NCBI RefSeq assembly: GCF_000143415.4
Contig: NW_003314306.1
Location: forward strand, 1 to 64,000
Length of the DNA stretch: 64,000 nucleotides
Reading direction: 5' to 3'
DNA from: Selaginella moellendorffii
Lineage: Eukaryota; Plantae; Lycopodiophyta
The notes below the pieces were generated by a model. It had not been told where the DNA came from, did not search any database, and saw only the letters and a program-made list of their open reading frames with translations. The first letter of the stretch is position 1; each line of letters begins with the position of its first letter. Positions 13,382 through 24,167 of the stretch are shown in pieces. The translations under genes were made by a program, and so were the position numbers.

Positions 13382-14552
13382 ATGGAAACCTTGTGCAGGG
13401 AAGTAGTGCTAGGGTTTGGGCAGTCCAATCTTCTTCGCTCTTCTCCCGCCCAGCGCTGGAATAGGCGGCAGCATTCTTCACAACGTGCCAGGGCATTGGA
13501 AGCTAGCTCCGATTTCGCGGCGCCGGATTTGCAAGCGCTCATCCTTGGCGCCAGCGTTGTCGCTGCTACTGGCGCCTCGCTCTACTGGGGATTCAAGGTG
13601 AGTCTGTGATTTTATCCTTTTTGGATTTGTATGGTGTGTTTTCCATCCATTTGTTTTGGTCCATACTCGTAGCTTTGAGTGGTTTCTAGTGGTTTCCCAC
13701 GTAAATTTCTATGGCATATTTCTCGTTAGAACAGTCCCGTATTTGCTCGAGTTTCTAGTGTTTTCTACGTGAAAAAGAATGATTTCTCGTTAGAACAGTT
13801 CGCCATTTTAGCCCGAGTTTCTACGTGGAAAAGAATGATTTCTAGCATTTCTCGTTAGAACAGTTCCGCCATTTTAGCTCGAGCTTCTAGTGTTTTCTAC
13901 ATGGAAACGAAGGAAGCATTTCTCGTTCACCATTTTGGCTCCAGTTTCTAGTGTTTTCTACGTGAAAAAGAATGATTTTCTAGTTTCTCTTTCAAACCTT
14001 GTGCGTTAGACATTGAATGCTCCAGATTGCTGAGCTCCTATGATTGTTTCTAAATGATTCGCTGCGAAAAAAGTATTGTTAATGTATCGACTGGATTCTT
14101 TTGTCCGCCCCATTACAGCAGTGAGCACTAGATGAATTTGTGTGCGATTGATGATCAAGCATAGTGTGCTACACAGAAAACTAACCAAGTGCGTTTTGTT
14201 CTACTTAGGGGGACCCAGTTTCGTGCAAAAAATGTGGAGGAAATGGTATTGTTCTTGAGTTTCTCCCTTGGTTGGTTTTTCTGATTCCTTGCGGCCGCCT
14301 TCTTTTTCTTGTACTTCGTTTCACTTCACAGGGGGAACTCGGTGCGTGTTTTGTAGTGATGGAAAGATGCGATCCGATGGGCGCAACAGTGAGTGCCGAG
14401 TGTGTAAAGGCTCAGGTACACTCCTTTCCTTTCTCGCAACTTGCAAACTTTGGCAAACGCAAAAAGAAAATTCTCGTCGGTTTGTTCCTTGTCTCGCAGG
14501 CCTGGTACTGTGCAAGGATTGCAAAGGCTCCGGGTACTCTCGATGGCTGTGA
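13382..14552 (+). CDS. DnaJ-like zinc-finger (CxxCxGxG repeat) protein with N-terminal transit-like peptide and TM helix
   Basis: Exon 1 METLCRE...LILGASVVAATGASLYWGFK. Later exons give CKKCGGNG, CVFCSDG, CRVCKGSG and CKDCKGSG. No J domain. Confidence 0.85.
13682..13985. repeat. Intronic minisatellite, ~65-70 bp unit, ~4.5 degenerate copies
   Basis: Recurring TTTCTAGTGTTTTCTACGTGAAAAAGAATGATT...CTCGTTAGAACAGTT..GCCATTTTAGC.CGAG. Confidence 0.85.
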
Positions 14553-16824
14553 CCAACGAATCCGCCATAGCGAAAATGTACTGCAAAAGTAAGAAACTTC
14601 TTACATTTTCTATCGTTACAAACCCCGGCTTCTTCGTTCCCTCTTCTTTTTTTTCCTATCGTTCTCTCAAAACTTTGGATAAATCTCAAGGGCAGCTCAC
14701 AGGTCCCTCGATCGAACTAGTCGCGTCGCGTCAATCACAAGCATTCCCAGTGCTGGAGGAAAGAAAGAAAGAAAAGGAATTATCCCCTAGGAAGCGTTTG
14801 GTGAAGAGACTCAAGAACAACGCAGCGCATCAATCAATCACGCAGCTGTCCATCCATCCACAAAAAAATCTCCCATCTACCTTAGATTCTCCCAGACGTT
14901 TGGTGGCTGGCGCTATGATGTGCTCCACGTCAGCGCCGGACGGGCTATGACATGGACACGTCACGGGGCGGGCAGCCGTATGACATGGGCGGGGGCAGAC
15001 GTGGCAGGCACACCAGATCGTGTTTAGAATCTGGAAGATCTGGTCGTGCTGCCGTGGGCCATGCGCTGTCGGGTGAGGATGCGCCCTGGGCTCCACCTGT
15101 CGACCACCCATAGGCCGAGATTGTGGTCACGCCTGGGATGGTACGGCCCGACCAATCGCGGCGGACCAATCGGACCCATGCGCCCATGCCTGTGTGCGCA
15201 CTGATATGGTCCCATGGAGTTGACGTGTTATGGGCCACATTTATGACCATTATGTACGAGGTGTGGATCCTCCACTCCATCCATGGCCACGGGTGGTGGC
15301 GCCTCTCCTCCTTTTTCTTTGACGATTGGAATGATTGAGAGCTCGTTATTTTAGGGTTTATGAGTTGGATGTGGGGTGTTGCCTCGTTGGATTGGCGTGG
15401 CATGGGGAGCGCGATTGAATTCGATCCCACCCAGGCCAGCGAGCAAATCTCATTCCATTCCTCGTTTTTTTTTTCCTGGTTGCAGAGATTTCAAGATAAA
15501 TTCTCTAAGACGAGAACATGAATGGATCGATCGCCCTGTCCAGGAAGTGGTACAGCTTGATAGCTCGTAAATAAAACCACCCATCGCATCAAAATTCTAA
15601 ACCGCAAAGCCAGATTTAAAATTTTGCGCGGCAGTTTTCAAAACTCCTTTGGGCGGGAAAGCGGTGATCAAGGGTTAGGGTTTATGGCACAAGTGGGGCG
15701 GCTTGCGCCCTGCTGCCATGACCAGCGGAGGTGGAGCGGCAGTCTCACGATCCTACCAGCAGCTGATAGCGATCGCGACTCCATAGATTCATGCAACCGG
15801 GCGCAGCAGCGGCGAGAAATTTGTGGTAAGGAACGCTTCACTTTCAATGCATTTAGGGGTGGAGCGGAGGCAGAGAGGACCACTAATGGCGTCGCCTTGC
15901 TCGGCAGTGGCCAAGTCTCAAAATGTGAGAGAGAAAGAGAGAGAGAGAAAGGGGGGCTTTCCTTTTCTACACCTTGCATGCGTTGCATGGGTTTTTGTTA
16001 GTAATGGGCTTGGCATTTTGTGTTGTGATTGTCTTCGGCATTTGCCTTTCCCTTTGTTTTTTCTTCTTTGTGCGCAGTGTTTTCTTCGTCTTTGTACTTT
16101 GCTTCCGGCAATTTGGCAGAATTTCCCACGTCTGTTGGCTCGATCCAGAGCCGGCAACGACACTGTCACGCTCATTTAATGGTGGCTGAGAGATGAGTTC
16201 AAAAGAAGCTGCTCCTGTTGCGTATTCAGGTATGCAGTAGTCAATCGCGCAGTGAGCTACAGGACACCAACCAGGTCTCTCCATTTTTTAGTTTTTGCTC
16301 GTTTCATCTTTTTCTTCTTTTTTTTTTTTCTTTCGTTTTCTCTTCCTGCCATCTCGGTTTTTTCATCTGGCTGCCTGTCAAGCTTCATCTTTTTTTCTTT
16401 CTTGTGTTTTCTTTTTGACTTGTGACATTGTTTAGTCGTCGTCGGCTGCAGTGCGCGTTGGTTTGTCTGAGTGAGAGATGCTTTCACGAGTTTATAGCTA
16501 TGTGGTGTGGTGATCATTGCTAAGTTTTAACTCTAGCATCAAAGAGGGAGTAAATTCGAGCTAGACTCTCTTGCACAGGGGATAAGACGGTAGAAAGTAC
16601 TAGAGTGGGTCACCCCGACAAGTTTGGAGGCTGTGTTTTTTTTGTTTGCATGGCATCAAGATCTTTGGGTCCATTCCAGGCTTTATAAGGGAAGTTGCTG
16701 CGTGGGGTTTTTCCATATCAGTGTTCACAGAAGTTGCATCCGTGTGCGCTTGTTTTCTTCCATTCACTACCTTTGGTTTTGTGGTTTCCAGAGGTTTGGA
16801 GTAGCTATTGCGCACAGACACAAG

Positions 16825-18312
16825 ATGGTAGAAGCGGACTACAAGATCAATATGCACGCTCATGTCGCCGGCCTCAAGAGGCTGTCGGCAAGGGCGAATG
16901 CCGGGCCTGCATTGCCGGCTTCTCCCGGGAGCCGGAAGGTGTCCTTCTCCTTCTCCGGATACGGCATCAACGTGATCGAGCGCTTGAGAAAATGCCGGGT
17001 TCACATCGACAAGGGTCTGAGTGAGGAGGAGTTCGAGAGGATCGAGGCCCTCTTTCAGTTCACTTTCCCACCAGATCTCAGAGGAATTCTCAGAGAAGGC
17101 CTTCCACTCGGCGATGGCTTTCCCAACTGGAGGTCTGGCGGTCCGCAGCAGCTCAAGATGTGGATAAACAAGCCGAGAGCTGGTCTCCTAGCCGACGTCG
17201 AGAGAGGAGTTTTCTGGATGAAGCAGTGGGGGCCAAGGCCAGCCGAGCTCCACAAGGCCGTCCAGATCGCTCGCGGACAACTTAAGAAGGCCCCAGTGCT
17301 CCTCCCTGTTTATGGTCACTGCTACGTCGCTGCGGCACCAGTCCGGGCAGGAAATCCAGTCTTCTTCGTACAGGGACGAGATGTCTACTGCTGCGGCCTG
17401 GACGTGTCGGACTTCTTCCACAGAGATTCATTCGCGTCTCGGTCCCTCGTAAGGAGCAGTGCGTACGTCCCAGAGCCAGTTTTCTTGGGTGACTTCAGCG
17501 GCAAGAGCTCGGGGAGACCGGTGACCAAGAGTGAAGACAAGTGTGAAGAGTTTCTAAGTCTGTACGAGGAGGAGGATATGGACATGGAGTCGTTCAGCGC
17601 TACTAGCAGCTGCCGAGCGACGCCATTGGTGACAAAGTTCTCGGCGAGCTGCTCGACCGAGACGTGGAGCAGAAGCTTGGACGCACTGGCCTGCCGGAGG
17701 AAGTCCAATGACTCGTCGAGGAGCGTCTTAAGTCCGAGGAGCTCGTCCGGGAGCAGCTGCGACGGGAGCTGCGAGGACTCGCCGTCCGTGAGGGACGCAC
17801 AGGGCCGAGCGAGAGCTTCCAGAGTTCGCAGAATTGAGCTCTGGAGCGATCTCTCCGAGAAGGGGCAGAGTATGAACTCGGTGGCTTCCACGTCCGATCT
17901 GGAAGACGACGAGCAGGCAGCCACGGACTGCGACGACTACTTCGAATTCGATGGAGAGTGGGAGAACGGTGCCGAGAGCCTGATGAAGGAAACCGTGGAG
18001 GACATGTCGAGCAAGCTGAGGCAAGGAGGGTGGAAGGAGGAAGACATAGCCGAGATTGTCGGGGCGGCGTCTTCGTGCTCGGATCACAAGAGGGGGATGC
18101 CGGACCGGCAGACGGTCCTCGAGGGACTGGCTTTCCATCTCGACTATCTCTCGTGCTCGCTGCGAAAGGCCGGGTGGAGCGTTCACGACGTAGCCGAGAC
18201 GCTTTGCTTCGACTTTGGAGCCTCGGGCGAGCGGCGAGCCCGAGCAAAGAAGGTGTCTCCACAGGTTGCTCAGAGGATTGGCATGCTGGCATCGTTCGTC
18301 GCACAGGGGTAG
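16825..18312 (+). CDS. Plant SMI1/KNR4(SUKH)-like domain protein (At3g50340/At5g67020-like), intronless CDS
   Basis: AGLKRLSARA, GLSEEEFERIEALFQFTFPPDLRGILREGLPLGDGFPNWR, WGPRP, APVLLPVYGHCY, AGNPVFFV, RRIELWSD and LRQGGWKEEDI. The ATG at 16825 follows an acceptor site at ~16791. Confidence 0.85.
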   Translation: MVEADYKINMHAHVAGLKRLSARANAGPALPASPGSRKVSFSFSGYGINVIERLRKCRVHIDKGLSEEEFERIEALFQFTFPPDLRGILREGLPLGDGFPNWRSGGPQQLKMWINKPRAGLLADVERGVFWMKQWGPRPAELHKAVQIARGQLKKAPVLLPVYGHCYVAAAPVRAGNPVFFVQGRDVYCCGLDVSDFFHRDSFASRSLVRSSAYVPEPVFLGDFSGKSSGRPVTKSEDKCEEFLSLYEEEDMDMESFSATSSCRATPLVTKFSASCSTETWSRSLDALACRRKSNDSSRSVLSPRSSSGSSCDGSCEDSPSVRDAQGRARASRVRRIELWSDLSEKGQSMNSVASTSDLEDDEQAATDCDDYFEFDGEWENGAESLMKETVEDMSSKLRQGGWKEEDIAEIVGAASSCSDHKRGMPDRQTVLEGLAFHLDYLSCSLRKAGWSVHDVAETLCFDFGASGERRARAKKVSPQVAQRIGMLASFVAQG

Positions 18313-18659
18313 TAGATCGATCGAAATGCTCCTCTTCTTTCGGTGGAGGGGAAACTTCACAAGAGTTTGCTCGGCTCGGCTCGGCTCGTCACTCCATCGG
18401 TTGCTTGGTTTTCGACAAAGGCTGGCTTTTTTTGTGTAAAGATCCTCGCAAAGAAACAGAGATTTGATAAAAGCTAAACACCAAGGAGAGAAAAGCTTTG
18501 TTTTTTTCTTTGTTTAAGAAAGAACGTTCTTTCTCTTCTGGAAACTGGCCACTTGACAGAGGAATGAGTAGGCACAGCCGCACAGCACATTGTGCTGCGC
18601 GATATTTTTTTCGTGTCTCCACCAAACTATCTCCGGAGCAAGCGTGTGGGTGCCGTAAC

Positions 18660-18698
18660 TGTCCTGTGGCCCAATGGAAGCGGTTCGACTCCCACCAG
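18660..18698 (+). pseudogene. Internally deleted tRNA-Arg relic
   Basis: 5' CCTGTGGCCCAATGGA (A-box/D-arm) is fused to GGTTCGACTCCCACCAG (T-arm/3' end). The anticodon arm is missing. Confidence 0.55.
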
Positions 18699-18859
18699 TA
18701 TTGTAGATTAAAATTAAAAAAATAAAATGACTTTGTTATTCACCAATGGCAAAGCAAATGAAAAAAAGTTTGCTCGCAGTTTGTGTTTCATGTTGAAAAA
18801 GAAGTTTTGAGTGGAATTTAAATCTCAAGCATCAACAATCTGATCATTGTTGCTGAAGG

Positions 18860-19748
18860 ATGATGATCGTTGTGTCTCCCGGCTTGAGCAGCATCGTTCA
18901 GAGGCTTCGAGCTTACGAAGAGCTCCATGCTCCATGCGCAAGGATTACTTAGTCCCAGTAAAATAATTCCCAAGTTTATAATTTGGAAGAGTACTAATTG
19001 AGCCAGGGCAAAGATATTATCTGAAAGAACTCTTTTGTGAGCCTTTCCGGTTCCTCTCTTCAGATTTTCCACTCCAGTTTGGAGTTTTCCACTATGTCGA
19101 TCACCTTTACACAGAGGATCTTGAAATTCAGGGGTTTGGTTTCATGTGTTTTTGTGAGAACGAACAACAAAACTTGAGCAAGCAAATTCCATGGTTGGCA
19201 AGAACATCTCGGATACAAGGATGATGATCACGAACATTTCCGATCCAGTGTAGCCAACATAATGGTCTCCTTCCAAAATCCATCAAGATGGCTCAAGTTT
19301 CTAGCATTTCTAGAGCTCCAACACAATCTATTACTGCTGTGGTGACTTCACTTGATGGAATATACTTCGAGAGGCTAAGATACTTAAATTCTGCAGAAGA
19401 TGGATTGTTGGTCCGTGTTTCCACTCCAAGTCAAGAAAAGAAGCAAAAGGTTGATAATCAAGAACATGAAGAGAAAGCATTGGCAGAAATTCTTTCTGTG
19501 ACGAACTAATAACAAGCCCTGGTTCTACTTTTGGATATGTTGGCCACAGCCTAGCAAGAATAAAACCCTGGATCTTGGATAGCAAGGGGAATTGCTCGAG
19601 GATGGTGTCAATTGAGCCTTGCTTCCTTGCAAGAGTCATGTATGGATGTGAGTGTGCATCTCTAAAGGACGCTATCAGCGTTCAACATAACATCCAGAGT
19701 TGCCCAGATGTTACTTGGGGAATTCAATTAAAATCAATTCATTCATAA
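18860..19748 (+). pseudogene. GT37 fucosyltransferase pseudogene with many deletions
   Basis: Fragments RLEQHR, RLRAYEELHA, ELFCEPF, VVTSLDG, HEEKALAEI, TSPGSTFGYV, IEPCF and SCPDVTWGIQL lie in shifting frames. Confidence 0.85.
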
Positions 19749-20450
19749 TTCTTGTCAAATATAATACCTCATCTTTCAACCATTCACCTACTTCTCTCCA
19801 AGAAAGTGATCAAAGCAAGAGATTTAGCAAAATGTTGCTGGCCAAGATCTAAGCTTGATGGTCCAAACAAGTAACTTTCATGACATGCTTGCTGGGAAAA
19901 GCGTGAGATTAGTGGCAAGGAGGGTTATTTTAGAGTCTCATAGGCTGATCGCATTCTTTGGAATGCTGCCTCACGCGGGAGATCCGGGAGGGATGACATT
20001 GGACCGGATTGTGTAACGTTTTCTACGGTCTTGTGCTCGAGCAGCAGAGATCTCACTCGAGGTAGATTTTTTCACGGCTAAGTTTAGAGAACATACAATG
20101 GCACCATAGAATCTTTTTGTTACAACTCGATCTATATGCATAGTTTTACCAAGACACAGCAACTTCGATAGTGATGATTACAGCACTCTACGTAGCCGAA
20201 GAATTTGTGGCGGCTTGATATTGTTCCAGGAGATGCTCCCAAACGGATGTGGAAGTCTGGCTTCGCTGGTTCTGAAACTAAATTAAGATTGAAAAATGGA
20301 GAGAATACAAACCTCAATCTCATTTTCAGAATCATACTCTCAACAATCTCTTCCATTGGGATCTCGTGACTGAGAGGATCAAACCGTTCCCCATTATGAA
20401 TCCTAGATAACATCTATGCGCCAAAAACATTTCAAACATTACCAAGAACT

Positions 20451-20514
20451 TGGAGATGCCGGGGATCGATCACGGTGCCTCTCGCAAGCGCTCTACCATC
20501 TGAGCTACATCCCC
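20451..20514 (-). pseudogene. tRNA-Ala pseudogene lacking the anticodon loop
   Basis: Minus strand reads GGGGATGTAGCTCAGATGGTAGAGCGCT[9-nt deletion]TGCGAGAGGCACCGTGATCGATCCCCGGCATCTCCA, compared with the full copy at 52428. Confidence 0.85.
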
Positions 20515-20695
20515 ATTTATATTGATCAATACTTACCACAACAAAAACTTCGAAAACATTCTGCCAAAGGTGGGATTTCTTTCAAACATGACATCGTTGG
20601 GATGGAGCGTGGCGATAATTAAATTCAATCGAGAGAAACTGTCTCATCACAGGAAGAATTTTTCTTTCCTCTTTGTTTAAGTGCTTACCTCTATG

Positions 20696-20735
20696 GCGCT
20701 CTCGTGGCCTAAAAGGCACCTGACTTCTAATCAGG
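20696..20735 (+). pseudogene. tRNA-Arg(UCU) 5'-half relic
   Basis: CTCGTGGCCTAA..AAGGCACCTGACTTCTAATCAGG: the anticodon arm with TCT is retained, part of the D-loop is deleted and the T-arm is absent. Confidence 0.6.
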
Positions 20736-21454
20736 GTTGTTCTGTGCTGGGGGCATTCTTGTTGTGGTTAACGGTCATTAGTCTGCTGAGAGTAGGCGTA
20801 AAATTCTTGAAGATTCTTGGAAAACTCCTCGTTCAATGATGCAGGCTCTTCAAAACGTTTGTGGAAACTATTCGCCAGCGAGACAGATTCTCTTTATCGT
20901 TTTACACACGAATCAAAAAAGCAATGTTCAACACTCGTTTTGTCACAGGGTTACAAAGGAGGTAAACTCAAGCTCAAAATGGTTTCACAACTAACTCTGG
21001 CTCTTTTCGAAGAAGCAAACCATGTAAAAGTATAAGCATACCAGCTCCTCACGTGCTAAACTTTTTTTCTAGTGTAAAACACTCAAGGTAACCTTAATGT
21101 TTTATGGTTATTATTTATTTTCTTAACATTTAAATTTCGAATGCATCACGATCCTCGGGGCCTGCCAGGGGAACCTCCACAAGCAGCCCATCACTGCAAG
21201 GAGGCTGCTATGATGGAACAAGCGGGAAAGCTCTTTTTTTGGCTCCCATCAGGATTGCCAGGCTCCTGCTGTAGCTAAGCCCAGTGAGAGCTTGAAGATA
21301 GGCAGCAATTAGTTTTGTGGAGGGCTGCAAGTGGCATAACCAATATCACGAGGAAAGCCCATGCTCCTATTCTTGAGCTAGGCCGTGAGCATGGGCAGAT
21401 GCGCTCCCCTGCGGCAGCCAAATAACAATGTCCAGCTTGGGCGATCATTGTAGG

Positions 21455-22063
21455 ATCAATCCAGTACTTCCTCAAGAGAAGAAGCTCTATTTTGTGACCT
21501 TTGTAGACGACTATTCCAGGATGATCGCAGTGAAGTTTCTAGCTCGCAAATCTGAGGTGCTCAACGAGTTCCAGCTTTTTAGAACTCGAGCAGAGTTGCA
21601 GACTGGCAAGAAACTCAGGAAATTTCGAAGTGATGGTGGTGGAGAATATGTCTCTAAAGAGTTTATCAAATATTGTGACGAAGCTGGGATTGAGAGGCAG
21701 TATTCAGTTCCAGATACACAGCAACAAAATGGCACAGCTGAGCAAGCCAACCGAACGCTCGAGGCAGCTCGCTCCTTATTACGAGATTCTGGTTTGCCCA
21801 AGTCCTTTTGGTGTGAAGCCATTGCTGTTGCAGCTTATCTGCAAAACCGTCAGATCACATCAGCAGTGAGCGACGAGACACCATTTGAGCGTTGGTATGG
21901 CAGAATTTTTGGATGCATAGCGTATACATTTGTGCCAAGGAAGCATTGCACCAAGCTTGAAGATTGCAGTGTGAAGGCAGTTCTAGTCGGCTACAGTGAT
22001 CACATGAAGGCTTACAAGCTCTTCAGTTGTCCTCATAGAAGATCTTCCACAGTCGTGATGTGA
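21455..22063 (+). mobile_element. Ty1/copia integrase core fragment
   Basis: YFVTFVDDYSR, FRSDGGGEY, QQNGTAEQANRTL, LPKSFWCEA, TPFERW and FGCIAY. Confidence 0.9.
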
Positions 22064-22231
22064 TCTTCAATGAAACACGGACGTATGCAACCAGAAATCT
22101 TCCGTGATCTGTGGTTTCCCCAGATCAATACCCTTTCCATACAAGCTTGCGCTCTTGATCCTCCAGTCAACCGTCAACGGTTTATGGTTCTCGACAGTGA
22201 CAAGGAAGAAGACTCCAGCAGTAGCTACGAA

Positions 22232-22905
22232 TACGATATGAATATGTTGGCATAGCATAACGGTAGGCAGTTAGGGGATACCAGAGAGAAGGGGGTGTGT
22301 TTTCCTTTGTAGCCTCTTGTGATGAACGAGACCCTGTTCATCCTTATGATGGTATTGGAGCACTAGTTTTTCTGGGATGCCTTCAGACAAAGACGTTTTG
22401 GAAGTTTTTTGATGGCAGAAGTTTTTGACCATGCTGCTGAACTTGGTTTTCACTTCAATTAGATTGGTCTTGTTGGTTCTGCCAAGCACTGTCTTTAGTG
22501 CTTCCCAATTCTCGTTAGCTGTCAGGGATGTGTCAAGGTGACACCAATAAATCTTCCCCACTGCGTGTCCAAGGATTCCAAGAGCTTGAATGTTTTGTCT
22601 GTTCCACTCTTTCTCGGTTGCAACCTCTGTCGCTGCTGGACATGCCTCTGTCCCAGAGACTATATCCCAAAGGTTCTTCTCCATGAAGAAAAACTGCATC
22701 TGAGTTCGCCATCCATGGAAATCTCTGCCATCTTTGTCTGAAGCCATCTCAGAAAAACTAGTGCTCCGATACCATGATAAAGATGAACAGTGTCTCGTTC
22801 ATCACAAGAGGCTACAAAGGAAAACATACCCCCTTCTCTCTGGTATCCCTTAACTGCCTACCGTGCCTCTGGAGAATATGCTATGCCAACATATTCGTAT
22901 CAACT
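22232..22905. mobile_element. Copia LTR-PBS-gag start present as an inverted pair; gag N-terminus on the minus strand (22425-22747)
   Basis: The minus strand has a ~117 bp LTR at 22775-22891 (TGTTGG...TATCA), a tRNA-iMet PBS TGGTATCGGAGC at 22763-22774 and gag FHGWRTQMQFFFMEKNLWDIV. A mirror copy lies on the plus strand at 22245-22425. Confidence 0.85.
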
Positions 22906-22959
22906 TCTTCCACGCACATGTTGTCGCAGGTTGATGGCATGGAAGACCTTCGGTGGCAT

Positions 22960-23556
22960 GAAGCACAGGAACGTGATAAGCAATGGTGGCTGTTTACCGA
23001 GCTGCCCAGGACGTGCCTGTGGATCTCTTCTAAATTTCAAACAAAGTTTAAGTTGCTGGCAAATGTGAATGCATCATACATGTATCTGTTGGGCTGGTTG
23101 ATATTTTGTATTAGGTTTGTCGGTTGTTTCTTGCGTTGAGCTGAAGCTCTCAAACACGATCTATGCATCTCCGAGAGTGCTGTGCAATCCACTGTCCACG
23201 TTGCTACGTCTTTCAACGCGATCTGTCGAAAATTTTCCTGGAGTCTCTAGTCTGTTGCACCTCCCATGTGCAGTGCCAATGCCAATGCCAGTGTCGTTCA
23301 CATCCATTCCAAGTTTGCCCAAGACCAAAACAATGTCTACAGCTATGGAGTGGTGGGAACTCTTAACAGGTGTGGAAGCAACGAGCGTCTCCGAGTAAAG
23401 AGCCAAACTCCACATGAGTGGATTCTAGATGAAGGAAGAGAGGATCTCTGCCAGGTGTTTGATCTAGCATTGCCTCTCGTTGATGTTGATGGACTAGAGT
23501 TAATGCAGGTGCAGCCCTGAGTGGTGGCAATGCTAGGGCAGCTTAACCAAAGGTAA
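22960..23556 (+). pseudogene. Relic of the LRR-XII kinase C-terminus (paralog of 34972-35720)
   Basis: MKHRNV, VYSYGVV, HEWILDEGREDLCQVFDLAL and VVAMLGQLNQ match the intact kinase. Frameshifted. Confidence 0.85.
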
Positions 23557-23789
23557 TACCTCTTTAATAGACCATTTACTTCAGTGTTTGAGAGCACTAA
23601 AGCTCTCCACATTCGTAACTTCCACAAGGTATTTCTATTTTCCCTTAACTGCTTTAAGGCTCAAGGCTTAACCATACTAAGTTTATGTTCAAGTGTCTTT
23701 GGACGGAGTCGTGCTCTCTATGCTGACAGATATTAACTCGTACGTCTCTACTTTCCGATTCACGGTAGGAAATAACACAAAAGCAAAGA

Positions 23790-23930
23790 GGAGTCGATTC
23801 CAAACTTGAGCTTAAACTTGTCTCTAGACAAATTGCAAACCATGAACTCCCAGGAAATGGCTGGCAGAAAAGCTCGTCGACATCTTTCGCTGGAATCAAC
23901 AAACTCGATTGGTAAGCATGGCGTAGAGGC
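23790..23930 (-). pseudogene. GT37 fucosyltransferase fragment
   Basis: LLIPAKDVDELFCQPFPGSSWFA. Confidence 0.75.
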
Positions 23931-24042
23931 ATTACACCACGTACAAGATCATGAGATGAGACGAGAAAGCTCTAGATTGATCCATCCCACATTTGAAAGA
24001 AATCCCACGTTCTCAGCCTATAACTACAGATCACATGTAAAT

Positions 24043-24104
24043 GGGTATGCAGCTCAAATGTTAGAGCGCTCTTGGGCACTGGGGAGCGATAGCTGGCATC
24101 TCCA
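24043..24104 (+). pseudogene. tRNA-Ala relic (inverted paralog of 20451-20514, including the 3' flank)
   Basis: GGGTATGCAGCTCAAATGTTAGAGCGCTC...GGCATCTCCA, followed by AGTTCTTGATAATG...TAGATGTTAGCTA, which is shared with the 20451 copy. Confidence 0.7.
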
Positions 24105-24167
24105 AGTTCTTGATAATGGTTGGCACGTAGATGTTAGCTATGGCACGACATTGCGCTCTCAGCATCG

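Noticed and set aside
13682-13985. CRISPR-like appearance of spaced repeats
   Set aside because: Whole units are degenerate copies with no unique spacers, the array is intronic in a plant gene, and there are no cas genes.
16624-16824. 67 aa N-terminal extension of the SUKH-like ORF
   Set aside because: It starts at TTG and crosses a pyrimidine-rich acceptor at ~16791. Family similarity begins at the ATG at 16825.
19780-20280. Possible PPR relic (KQVTFMTC, LILFQEML)
   Set aside because: Only a few short motif-like words in different frames; insufficient support.
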